Origin: an uncultured Desulfarculus sp.
GTDB lineage: Bacteria; Desulfobacterota; Desulfarculia; Desulfarculales; Desulfarculaceae
Assembly: GCA_963665125.2 (NCBI GenBank)
Contig: CAXXUK010000001.1
Span: 3,168,001 to 3,232,000 of the forward strand
DNA: 64,000 nt
Direction: 5' to 3'
This document shows, piece by piece, positions 30,216 to 39,356 of this stretch. The first letter of the stretch is position 1, and each line of letters begins with the position of its first letter. The position numbers and the translations under genes were made by a program. The notes beneath the pieces are model-generated. The model saw nothing but the letters and a program-made list of their open reading frames with translations, had not been told where the DNA came from and did not search any database.

Positions 30216-30881
30216 TTATCTGCGGTGCAGGCCGGCCAGAAACAACCGCACCATCGTGTCTATTGCCTGCTTTTCCGCGAATTCCTTAATCTTGCCCAGA
30301 ATATTCAATTCGCAGTCCACGGCGTACATCCAGGCGCTGTAAAAGAACATCCTGACCGCCAGTTCAATATTTATATCGACATATGCACCTTGGGCGGCCC
30401 GATGTTCAAAATATTTTACAAGACCTCTCACCATGGGGTGCGGCGATACTTCTTTTTCAAAATCATCGTTGTCATGATCGCCATCTGCATCATGGCCGTG
30501 TTGCACCCGGATGCCGTCAAGAGCGCTGAACAGGATCATGCGGATTATCCGCGGATCCCGGCGGGCATGACCGATCATGTGCTCAGCCAGGTGATAAAGC
30601 ACGTTGTAATCGTCGCCCTTTTCCATGTATTGAACCAACTCGGGCAGCACCGGATGATGCACGAACAGGGCCTCCATGGCCTCGGCATAGAGGTTTTCCT
30701 TGCTGCCGAAATGCTGGAATAGCAAGGTTTCGCTGATCCCGGCCAGGCGGGCGATATCCTTGGTCCGGGCGCCGCTGTAGCCTTTTTGGGAAAAGATCTT
30801 CAGTGCCGCTTCCAGGATCTGCTGGTGCCGCTGTTCGTGGTTGAGCCGCCGGGTTTTCTTGGTTGGTCCGGGCAACGCCAT
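30216..30881 (-). CDS. TetR/AcrR family transcriptional regulator
   Basis: QILEAALKIFSQKGYSGARTKDIARLAGISETLLFQHFGSKENLY. Confidence 0.93.
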   Translation of the reverse strand: MALPGPTKKTRRLNHEQRHQQILEAALKIFSQKGYSGARTKDIARLAGISETLLFQHFGSKENLYAEAMEALFVHHPVLPELVQYMEKGDDYNVLYHLAEHMIGHARRDPRIIRMILFSALDGIRVQHGHDADGDHDNDDFEKEVSPHPMVRGLVKYFEHRAAQGAYVDINIELAVRMFFYSAWMYAVDCELNILGKIKEFAEKQAIDTMVRLFLAGLHRR

Positions 30882-30884
30882 CTC

Positions 30885-30904
30885 CTAAGTAAGTATTTAC
30901 TTAG
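30885..30904. promoter_or_regulatory. Candidate TetR auto-operator
   Basis: CTAAGTAA-gtat-TTACTTAG, perfect 8-bp inverted repeat immediately upstream of the TetR start. Confidence 0.7.
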
Positions 30905-31121
30905 TACACCCTGCATCGGTGTTTGTCACGCTTTTTTTGCAAAGGGTTTTAGGGCTTGATCGTCACCCCTGCGGATTGACGCCCGGACGCCGCCTGGGCT
31001 ACCATGGCTCAGTCAAGACTTCGGATACGCCATGAGCAACCGCGCATGCGTATCGCCCGAAAAACCACCGACACCCGACACAGCTGTTTATCTTGCGGCA
31101 ATTGCGGAGGAACGATTGGCC

Positions 31122-32015
31122 ATGGACGACATTCAAAAGAAAATGCTGGCCCCTTTTATTTTCGAAGCCAAAACCACCTTGGGCGAAATGGCCGGTATGA
31201 AGGTGGACTCCGGTGAAGTTTTCGAGGACAAGGTCGAGGATTTCCGATTCAAGGGCCATGCCGTCGCCATCCGCACCCACGGCAAGATCGAGGGCGTGAT
31301 TCTGCTGCACAACTATATCGAAACCGCCCTGGCTATCAGCAACCGGGTGCGCCAAAACCTGCTTGGCGACACCGAAGCCCATGAGGAAATGAACGAGGAA
31401 ATGCAGGCCGCCCTGGCCGAATGGGGCAATATCATCACCGGCCGGGCCACCCAGCGCCTTGAGTTGCTGAAGATGGGCTTTACCTTCGAACCGCCCCAGT
31501 TCATCTACAATACCGAAAACATGGGCCAGATCCTCAAGGGTGTCAGGGAGATCATCTCCGTGCCGGTGCATATCGACGAGGTGGGCCGCTTCTTCCTGAA
31601 CCTGTTGCTCTACGCCGAGGAAGACACCAGCGGCAAGCAGGCCATCGCCCTGAGCGAAAAGGTGCTCATCGTCGACGACTCGCCGATCATCCGGGCCAGC
31701 ATGAAAAAAGTCGTGGCCGCCCTGGGCTACGGCAACGTCATCGAGGCCGATAACGGCAAGGCGGCGGTGGAAAAACACGCCTCCGAAAGCCCGGCCATCG
31801 TGTTCATGGATATCGTCATGCCCCAGATGAACGGCGACGAGGCCCTGGCCGTTATCCGCGACAAGGACAAGCAAACGCCGATTATCATGCTTTCCTCGGT
31901 GGCCGACCAGACCGTCATCGAAAAATGCAACAGCCTGGGCGCCACGGGTTATATCGTCAAGCCCTTCAGCCTGAAGGAGGGGCCGGAGATAATTCAGGAG
32001 TACTTCCGGAAATAG
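31122..32015 (+). CDS. CheX-like phosphatase domain fused to a receiver domain
   Basis: ALAEWGNIITG (E-x2-N) and PP motif; C-terminal REC with LIVDDS, MDIVMPQMNG, KP. Confidence 0.85.
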   Translation: MDDIQKKMLAPFIFEAKTTLGEMAGMKVDSGEVFEDKVEDFRFKGHAVAIRTHGKIEGVILLHNYIETALAISNRVRQNLLGDTEAHEEMNEEMQAALAEWGNIITGRATQRLELLKMGFTFEPPQFIYNTENMGQILKGVREIISVPVHIDEVGRFFLNLLLYAEEDTSGKQAIALSEKVLIVDDSPIIRASMKKVVAALGYGNVIEADNGKAAVEKHASESPAIVFMDIVMPQMNGDEALAVIRDKDKQTPIIMLSSVADQTVIEKCNSLGATGYIVKPFSLKEGPEIIQEYFRK

Positions 32016-32093
32016 GGGCAAACAAGCCAGACGGCCTGCCGAGCCAACCGGCCGCGGTAATTGTCGGCGTTGCCCAATGGACAGGGGGAAATC

Positions 32094-33065
32094 ATGGACC
32101 ATGAGGCAAAGGCCGAGTATGCGCGTCAGACGCTCAAGGGTTTCGTGCAAAACGTGCCGGGCCTGCGAAAGTCCGTGGGCGATCCGGGCCGGGTGGATGA
32201 GTTTCTGGCCAGGCTCAGCCGCGATTCCATAGTCTGGAACGGCCTTAAAATCAATCTGGACGTCATTGAAAGCACGCCGGGCGACCCGGTATTGATCTTT
32301 CACCCGGGTATGAGCGGCTACAGTCGCCTGTATCTGTGCTTCCTGGGCCTGTTGGCCGAGAGTGGCTTCAACATCATCGGCATCGACCGGCCGGGCCACG
32401 GCTTCAGCGACGGCGATGTGGGCGACGCCACGGTGGAAGACATGGCCGAAATCACGGCCCTGGCCGTCAAACGGGCAAAGGAACGCTTCAACCGGCGCAT
32501 CGGCATGTTCGGATCGTCAATGGGCGGCATGATCACTTTTTACCTGCTGCCCGAACTCGGCGGCGTCAAGTCCGCCCTCTGCCACAACTGGCACTTCCCC
32601 GGCACCAACGTGGACCCCAACGCAAAATGGAGCCGCCCCCACGCCCGGCGGCCCATCGCCCGGCTTTTGATGCGCTTGGCTCCGCGCATGAGCTTCAGCA
32701 TGAAGCACGTATTCGACAAACACTTCCTGGAAAATTTCTCGGACTCCGAATTCATGGTCCGGCATCTGCGGGAATATGAACAAGACCCGCTGTTGGCCCA
32801 CAGGTTGACCCTGCGCACGTTTTTGTCGTTCATGGGCGGCTTTGCGCCCACGGGATCATACGCCGACGTGCAATATCCGGTCATGGGCCTCATCGGCGAC
32901 CGCGACGGCCTGGTGCCCCTGGAAAAAGAACGTCAGTGGTGGGACATGGCCGGGCTGGCCAAGGGCCGCCTGGAGGTGGTGCCCGACGCCGGACATCTGC
33001 TGTTTTTCGACGACTGCGACCGCAGCTTGGACATAGTGGCCGGCTGGTTCGCCGAAACTCTGTAA
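32094..33065 (+). CDS. Alpha/beta hydrolase (lysophospholipase-like)
   Basis: DRPGHG.S, GSSMGG nucleophile elbow, GDRD..V, AGH. Confidence 0.88.
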   Translation: MDHEAKAEYARQTLKGFVQNVPGLRKSVGDPGRVDEFLARLSRDSIVWNGLKINLDVIESTPGDPVLIFHPGMSGYSRLYLCFLGLLAESGFNIIGIDRPGHGFSDGDVGDATVEDMAEITALAVKRAKERFNRRIGMFGSSMGGMITFYLLPELGGVKSALCHNWHFPGTNVDPNAKWSRPHARRPIARLLMRLAPRMSFSMKHVFDKHFLENFSDSEFMVRHLREYEQDPLLAHRLTLRTFLSFMGGFAPTGSYADVQYPVMGLIGDRDGLVPLEKERQWWDMAGLAKGRLEVVPDAGHLLFFDDCDRSLDIVAGWFAETL

Positions 33066-33180
33066 CCCGAACCCAGGATAATAATCTTAAACTGCTGGCC
33101 AAACACGGTGTCGAACTGTTATGCATCATTACATCGCCTGATAAGGGGCGATTGCCTGCGCCATCAGCGGAGACAGGAGT

Positions 33181-34506
33181 TTGATCGATTACTTTGAGCT
33201 GCGCAATCACGGGACCGACGTCAGGCGGGAACTCCTGGCCGGGATCACCACCTTTGTGGCCTCGATGTATATCATTTTGGTCAACCCGGCCATCCTCCAG
33301 GGCGCGGGCATGCCCTACAACGCCTCACTGACAGCGACGGTGCTGGTCTCGGCCTTCAGCAGCATCCTCATGGGACTATACACCAACAACCCCCTGCTGG
33401 TGGCGCCGGGCATGAGCCTGAACCACATGCTGGCCCTGGCCGTGAGCCAGGTGGAAGGCGTCAGCTACCAGACGGCCCTGGGCTGCGTGTTCATCTCCGG
33501 GCTTGTTTATCTATTGCTGCTGATATTGGACCGCCGCCGCTATCTGATTAACGGCATTCCTCGCATGCTGCGTTTCGGATTCGCCGGGGGCATCGGCCTG
33601 TTCATCGCCCTGCTCGGCCTTGAGTCCGGCGGATTCATCATCGTGGGCCCGGAATGGGGTCTCAAGCTTGGGCCGTTCAACGCCCACAGTTTGACCTTTC
33701 TGGCCGGACTGGCCGTCACCGCCATCCTGGTGGTGCGCAAGGTCTCGGCTGCGTTTCTGATCGGCGTGTTTCTGACCACCCTGCTGGCCTGGCCTATCGG
33801 CCGCTGGTGGATCAATCCCCTGTCCCCCCAGGCGGCAGTGGTCTGGCAGGGGGTGTTGCAATGGCCGGACTTCAGCCTGCTGATGCAGCTCGACATCGCC
33901 GGAGCCCTGAATATTGTCCACTGGCCGCTGATTTTCGTCTTTCTCTTCAGTTGCCTGTTCGATTCGCTGGCCACCTGCGTGGGCGTCAGCGAAGCCGGGG
34001 ACCTGGTTGATCACCATGGCGCGCCCCGCAACCTGGTGGGCAGCCTCAAGGCCAGCGCCATTGCCGTGGCCGCTGCCGGGTTGTTGGGCACCAGCCCGGC
34101 CACGCCTTTTATTGAATCGTCCACCGGCGTGAGGGCCGGAGGCCTCACAGGCCTGTCGTCGGTGGTGGCGGGCCTGTTGTTTTTACCCTTTATGTTCTTT
34201 TCACCGCTGTTGTCCCTGGTCCCCGCCCTGGCCACGGCTCCGGTCCTGGTCCTGGCCGGCGTGTTCATGCTCAAACCACTGATTTACGTGCGCTGGGAGC
34301 GCTTTGACGACGCCATCCCGTTTTTCATGGCCATGATCCTGATGCCCCTGACCCACTCCATCACCCAGGGCATTATCTGGGGCTGCCTGAGTTGGACCCT
34401 GCTCAAGGCGGCCTGCGGCAAGTACCGCCAGATATCCCCGGCCCTGCTGGCCCTGGATGTGGTGGCGCTGTTTTTGCTGTTTCATTTGGAGCGCTTCGGG
34501 CATTAG
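33181..34506 (+). CDS. NCS2/AzgA-type nucleobase permease
   Basis: RELLAG.TTF..SMYI..VNP.IL, APGM, IESSTG...GG.TGL, ATAP.L; many TM helices; TTG start after AGGAG. Confidence 0.9.
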   Translation: MIDYFELRNHGTDVRRELLAGITTFVASMYIILVNPAILQGAGMPYNASLTATVLVSAFSSILMGLYTNNPLLVAPGMSLNHMLALAVSQVEGVSYQTALGCVFISGLVYLLLLILDRRRYLINGIPRMLRFGFAGGIGLFIALLGLESGGFIIVGPEWGLKLGPFNAHSLTFLAGLAVTAILVVRKVSAAFLIGVFLTTLLAWPIGRWWINPLSPQAAVVWQGVLQWPDFSLLMQLDIAGALNIVHWPLIFVFLFSCLFDSLATCVGVSEAGDLVDHHGAPRNLVGSLKASAIAVAAAGLLGTSPATPFIESSTGVRAGGLTGLSSVVAGLLFLPFMFFSPLLSLVPALATAPVLVLAGVFMLKPLIYVRWERFDDAIPFFMAMILMPLTHSITQGIIWGCLSWTLLKAACGKYRQISPALLALDVVALFLLFHLERFGH

Positions 34507-34516
34507 GGATTAACAG

Positions 34517-36268
34517 ATGATCCGAAAACTGATGCAACTTCTGCAGCCCGAGGAAAAGCGCCTGCTCCTGGACGGAGGCAGTCAAGTCAGCCGCTATCAA
34601 CACTCCTATCAGCAGTCCCTGCACACCCACAGCGAAATAAAGCTGGAAACCATACTCCGGGAATATCAGCGGGTCGGTTCCAGCCTTCACCGGGGGGCCG
34701 ATTCGGACGAAGTCATCACCTCGGCCTTTTTGTACTCCTGCAACCGGCTGCCCGACTGCCTGCCCGTGGTGGACGACAGTATCGTGGCCAGCAGCATACA
34801 GGCCATTGAAGGCTGCGGCTTGGCCGAAGATATAACCTCCTGGACCCAGGTCTTTGCCGAAAAACGCAGGCGCATGGCCTTCTTCGACGGTAAAAGCAGG
34901 CTGATTCTGCTGGTGACCAGCCTGTCGGACCTCGACGATGTCATCCCCGGCTTGTGCGCTTATCAGATCGAGTGGAACAAGATGCACCGGCGCCTGGCCG
35001 CGGACGGCCTGGCAGCGGAGTTGGCCTCGGGCCGGATAAAGGCCTCGGACGCCCACCCCAGGCTGCGGCACGCCCTGGGCCTGAACCGGGCCGACTTCGA
35101 CGCCCTTAAGCAGCTTTGGGGCCAAGACTGGGACTCCAAGATGGCGGCCATTTCCGCCGCGCCCAAGGACTTCCGGGTGCGCATCCTGCCGCTGTTGGAG
35201 GACGACTTCCGCGGACTTTCCCGGCAGTGGTGGGAAGCAGTGCTGAAAAAGTTCGCCGGCCGGGACATCGCCAACCGGCCGGTATACGTGGTGACCAGCA
35301 ACAATCATTCCCTGGTCAACCTGGTATTGGGATTCGCCCAGCGCCACCAAGACCGGATCAGGGAATTCGCCCGGGAAAACTGCGATGATGAATTCAGGCG
35401 CACCATGCGGCGGCTGGAAGTGGAAGACACCCTGACCTGCCGCAATCTGCTGTATTTGGCCCAGACCGATCTTTTGGCCCAAGATCCGGACCTGGACCGC
35501 GCCAAGGCCGAAATGGAGGCCGCCAGCGGCATCCTGAGGACCAGTCCCCTGCCGCCGCTTTTGGCCGAGGCCCAGCTTATCGAACTGGGCAAGCTGGACT
35601 CGAGAACCCTGGACCCGCGCCTGAAGCTCCGGGACGCCGGGAAGCTGGCCCAAAGCGACGCGCTTATCCTCAACACCGACTATCCCCTTGGTTTCGCGGC
35701 ATATCATTTACTGGAGACGGCGGCCGAACATCTGAAAAATTGGCGGGGTCTTTTCATTCTGGGCAAGAGCGCGGCCATGATCGGCCGCCTGGGCGACATA
35801 TTGCTGCCGTCCCAGGTCCGGGACGTGCACTCCCGGCGGCTGTACCGCTTTGACAACTGCTTCAGCGCCCGCAATCTGGCGCCGTATCTTTGCGACTGCG
35901 CCGTGTTTGACGACCAGCGCTCGCTGACCGTGCACGGAACATTTCTGCACGGCTGGGAAACCGTGAGGGAACTGCACCGGGCCGACTTCACCGTAATCGA
36001 GATGGAGGCCGGGCCCTGCCTGGCCGCCGTTCAAAACATTTGCGGCGCCAGCCGTGACCGGGGCCAAGAGGCCCACCGCCTGCGCCTGCCCCCTGATTTC
36101 CATTTGGGCATACTGCATTACACCTCGGACACCCCATACAATGTCCGGGCCAGCCTGCTGAGCCGTCCCCTGGGCCTCACCGGCCTGGAGGCCACCTATG
36201 CCTGCTCACTGGCCATAATGCAATTCATCATTGATAGACAGTGCGGCAAGGGCAGTCCGGAATTTTGA
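34517..36268 (+). CDS. Conserved hypothetical protein, DUF6909-like, with a nucleoside-phosphorylase-like C-terminus
   Basis: L.AYQIEWNKMH, SNNHSLVN, NTDYPLG.AAY, LGKSA...G.LGD, TV.GTFL, EMEAGP, Y.SDTP; family name from recall. Confidence 0.65.
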   Translation: MIRKLMQLLQPEEKRLLLDGGSQVSRYQHSYQQSLHTHSEIKLETILREYQRVGSSLHRGADSDEVITSAFLYSCNRLPDCLPVVDDSIVASSIQAIEGCGLAEDITSWTQVFAEKRRRMAFFDGKSRLILLVTSLSDLDDVIPGLCAYQIEWNKMHRRLAADGLAAELASGRIKASDAHPRLRHALGLNRADFDALKQLWGQDWDSKMAAISAAPKDFRVRILPLLEDDFRGLSRQWWEAVLKKFAGRDIANRPVYVVTSNNHSLVNLVLGFAQRHQDRIREFARENCDDEFRRTMRRLEVEDTLTCRNLLYLAQTDLLAQDPDLDRAKAEMEAASGILRTSPLPPLLAEAQLIELGKLDSRTLDPRLKLRDAGKLAQSDALILNTDYPLGFAAYHLLETAAEHLKNWRGLFILGKSAAMIGRLGDILLPSQVRDVHSRRLYRFDNCFSARNLAPYLCDCAVFDDQRSLTVHGTFLHGWETVRELHRADFTVIEMEAGPCLAAVQNICGASRDRGQEAHRLRLPPDFHLGILHYTSDTPYNVRASLLSRPLGLTGLEATYACSLAIMQFIIDRQCGKGSPEF

Positions 36269-36325
36269 TCCGCCGCGGGCTGTGCTATACTGCCCCTGCC
36301 CGTTTGATTTAGGGAGGATTTAGCG

Positions 36326-36958
36326 GTGAGCCCCATGGGCCAGACAGCGGAACAGGAAAGCGGACTGCCCCTCGGATGCCTGGAAGGTGATCCGGCGGCG
36401 TGGAACGATTTCGTGCGCCGCTTTTCTCCGCTGATCCGCCAGGTTATCGGGGCCACCCTGGCCCGTTTCAACGCCGCCGACCGCTCCCAGGACCGGGTGG
36501 CGGACCTGTTCCAGGGCGTGTTCCTGGCCCTTTGGGAAGACGACCGCCGCCGCCTGCGCAGCTTCCAGGGCCGCAACAACTGCTCAGTCAACACCTGGCT
36601 GCGGGTGGTGGTCTCGCGCCTGGTTATCGACGCCCTGCGCCGCACGAACCCGCACACAGTTGCCTTGGCCGAAGAACAACCCGATGATGATGACGCCCCC
36701 TCTGGAGTGGTGTTGGCCGATGAAGCCCCTCTGGCCGATGAACGGGTGCAGGCAAGGCAAGCCCTGGATTTTATCCGGGATGAGATCAATGAAATGGATC
36801 AACGGGACCGGCTGGTGTTGAAGCTGCGTTTTCTAGACGGGATGAGCGGACAACAAGTAGCTGAAATGCTAGGCATTTCTCGCAATCATGTCGATCAGAT
36901 TTCGCACAGGGTAAAAAATCGCCTCAAAGACAAGGCGGCCCAGTACGGATATGTATAA
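36326..36958 (+). CDS. ECF-type RNA polymerase sigma factor
   Basis: GDPAAW..FV, DLFQ.VFL.L, TWL.VV..RL.ID.LR, region 4 HTH GMSGQQVAEMLGIS. Confidence 0.9.
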   Translation: MSPMGQTAEQESGLPLGCLEGDPAAWNDFVRRFSPLIRQVIGATLARFNAADRSQDRVADLFQGVFLALWEDDRRRLRSFQGRNNCSVNTWLRVVVSRLVIDALRRTNPHTVALAEEQPDDDDAPSGVVLADEAPLADERVQARQALDFIRDEINEMDQRDRLVLKLRFLDGMSGQQVAEMLGISRNHVDQISHRVKNRLKDKAAQYGYV

Positions 36959-37005
36959 GATTTTGGTATCGGGATTCGTCCATTAACCCAGGGAATGACC
37001 AGGCT

Positions 37006-38475
37006 TTGAGCAATGACGCCAAAATAGAAAACCTGCTCAGGAAAGCCATGACGCAAGACATGCAAAATAACAGCAGTGCGCCCGGCAATTGCCCGGACGA
37101 CGAAATGCTGGCCGCATACCTGGACGGCGGACTGGACGAGACCGGGCGCAAGGCCGTGGAGGCCCACCTGGAAACCTGCGATGAATGCCGCCTGATGCTG
37201 GGCCTGGCCTTCCAGAGCCAGGAAGAACACAGCGCCGCCTACAGCCAGGAGATGATGGACCAGGCAAGCGCCTTGGCCAAGCCTCGCCAGGCCAAGGCCA
37301 AGGCCGTCCGTAGCGGCCAGACAAGACTGTGGGACCGGGTGTGGTCCTGGCTGTCTCCGCCAAAGCTGGCCCTGGGCGCGGCGGCGGTCATCGTCGCGGT
37401 GTTAGTCGTCGGCGTGTTTGATCCGGACCAACCCGGCTATATGGCCAAGATGGACCTCGAGACACCTGTGCAACAAGCCCCGGCCGATGCCGTGACGGCG
37501 CCGATGATGGTGCAGGAGGCGGCTCCGGCCGCGCCGCCCGCCGAGGATGCGGTTTCCGCCGTGGCCCTGGCTCCGGCCCTGGAGAAAAAAGCCCCGGCTC
37601 CTGCGGCGATAGCCCCGGCTACCGTGGCCAAGTCGACCGTAGCTCCGGCGGCAATAGCTCCGGCGGCAACGGTCAGGCGGGAAAAGGCCAGGGTTGTTAC
37701 GCCACCGCCCGGCGGCGCCAGGGTCTTCAGATACGAACAGACCACGCCACCGGCGCCATGCCTGCAGGATGAAATGCGGCTGGGCCGGGCTCCCCAAAAC
37801 TGCCAGCCCCTGATGGCCGCCGCGGTGCCGTACCCCAAAGTGCCCAGCCTGGGCTTCTACAAGATGCGCGCCGGCAGGGTGGCCGGTTATCAATTCGAGT
37901 ACACCTCTCCGGAGTTGATGGCCAGGGACCTGGCCGAGGGCAAATACAAGATCGCCCTGGCCGACACCGCGCTTTTAGGCGGGTTGCCCCAAGGCTATGA
38001 GGCCGTTGACGTGGCCCGCTATCCCTTGGCCGTGGTTGTCAACGCCGCCAACCCGGTGTCCGGGCTGAGCCGGCCACAGCTGCGCGATATCTACGGCGGC
38101 AAGATCACCAATTGGCGGGAGGTGGGCGGCCCCAATGAGCCCATCGAGGTTCTGGCCCTGCCCGCCAACACCTATGCGGCCCAATTGTGGAACGTATTGA
38201 TCGGCGGGCAAGGCGGCGCGGCGGTGGTGGCCCGGCTGGAGGTCATGCACTATCTGGCCCAAACCCCGGCGGCGATCGGCTACGTGCCCGTGGCCCAGAT
38301 ACGGGGCATGCAAAACACCAAGGCCCTGGCCATCGACAATGTCTCGCCGCTAGGCGCCGAGGGCGGATTCAACAAGGCCTACAAGTTCGGCGGACAGATT
38401 GCCGTGGTCTACCGCGGCGGCAACAAGAACCAGGCCCAGGAACTGGCCCGGCGGATCAAGGCCGAAAGCAACTAA
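37006..38475 (+). CDS. Zinc-finger (zf-HC2) anti-sigma factor with TM helix, Pro/Ala linker and PstS-like binding domain
   Basis: LAAYLDG.L....VEAHLETCDEC; TM helix; LAVVVN..NPV..LS..QLRDIY.GKITNW.EVGG; AIGYV. Confidence 0.82.
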   Translation: MSNDAKIENLLRKAMTQDMQNNSSAPGNCPDDEMLAAYLDGGLDETGRKAVEAHLETCDECRLMLGLAFQSQEEHSAAYSQEMMDQASALAKPRQAKAKAVRSGQTRLWDRVWSWLSPPKLALGAAAVIVAVLVVGVFDPDQPGYMAKMDLETPVQQAPADAVTAPMMVQEAAPAAPPAEDAVSAVALAPALEKKAPAPAAIAPATVAKSTVAPAAIAPAATVRREKARVVTPPPGGARVFRYEQTTPPAPCLQDEMRLGRAPQNCQPLMAAAVPYPKVPSLGFYKMRAGRVAGYQFEYTSPELMARDLAEGKYKIALADTALLGGLPQGYEAVDVARYPLAVVVNAANPVSGLSRPQLRDIYGGKITNWREVGGPNEPIEVLALPANTYAAQLWNVLIGGQGGAAVVARLEVMHYLAQTPAAIGYVPVAQIRGMQNTKALAIDNVSPLGAEGGFNKAYKFGGQIAVVYRGGNKNQAQELARRIKAESN

Positions 38476-38487
38476 CAGAGCCTATTT

Positions 38488-38543
38488 AATAAAATAAGCC
38501 GGACCGCCAGCATGATCAGCTGATGGTCCGGCTGTTTATTTTT
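38488..38543. terminator. Bidirectional terminator
   Basis: A-rich flank, agccggacc / ggtccggct stem, T-rich flank, between convergent genes. Confidence 0.7.
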
Positions 38544-38556
38544 ATACGGTGCGGGG

Positions 38557-39342
38557 TTATCGGGTCCCGCCGGCCTTGAGTTCCATGCGGCGAAGCTGCT
38601 CAAGATACCCGATGACCCAGGCCGGAGGATGCAGATTCTTACCCGGATTGGCCTTTTGGACCTGGTCCAGCATCAGGTAAATATTCTGCCGGGCCTGCTT
38701 GTAGTCGCCCCTGGCGGCGTAGGCGTCGGCCAGTTCCAGGCGCAGCTCCAGGTTGCCGGGCTCGCTTTTGATCAGCTGCTCCACCTGGGCCGCGGCCTTT
38801 TCGGTCTGGCCCTGCAAGACCCAGATGCGCCGCTGATACGCGGCGGACCGGGCCGGGTCGGGCCGTTCGTCGGTGATCTCCAGGTCGGCCGGAAAAACCC
38901 GCACCATGCCCAGAGCCCCGCCGCCTAGATCAGCGGCATGTTCCAGGGCGATCTGGTATTTGCCGCTGGCCAGCGATCCCTGGGGCAGCCAGACGATGCG
39001 CAGGGACTTGTCGCCGCCGAGCATGGTCTTTTTGGGGGCGATGGTCTGCCAACTCATCTCCACTGTCTGGCCCTTGTCATCGGTGATCACCGGCTTGAGC
39101 CAGCCGACGGCCGACAGGTCCAGGTCCTTGTCCAGGGGGTTGTCCAAGACCAGGCTGACGTACAGCGGCGTATCGGCCGGGAAGCTGGCCGCGCGCAGGT
39201 CGTTGACCAGCAGCGAGGCGATGATGTTGTCCGAGCGTTGCGGTTCGGGCTTGGGTTTTTCGGCCAGGGCCGGGCCAGCCGCCATGGCCGCCAGGCACAC
39301 GGCCAGCGTCATCATCAAAAGGTTTATCCTAATCGGTTTCAT
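38557..39342 (-). CDS. Secreted protein with C-terminal TPR repeats
   Basis: Signal peptide ending ALA; beta-rich N-domain; TPR-like EPGNLELRLELADAYAARGDYKQA. Confidence 0.75.
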   Translation of the reverse strand: MKPIRINLLMMTLAVCLAAMAAGPALAEKPKPEPQRSDNIIASLLVNDLRAASFPADTPLYVSLVLDNPLDKDLDLSAVGWLKPVITDDKGQTVEMSWQTIAPKKTMLGGDKSLRIVWLPQGSLASGKYQIALEHAADLGGGALGMVRVFPADLEITDERPDPARSAAYQRRIWVLQGQTEKAAAQVEQLIKSEPGNLELRLELADAYAARGDYKQARQNIYLMLDQVQKANPGKNLHPPAWVIGYLEQLRRMELKAGGTR

Positions 39343-39356
39343 AAACGATTCCCCGC

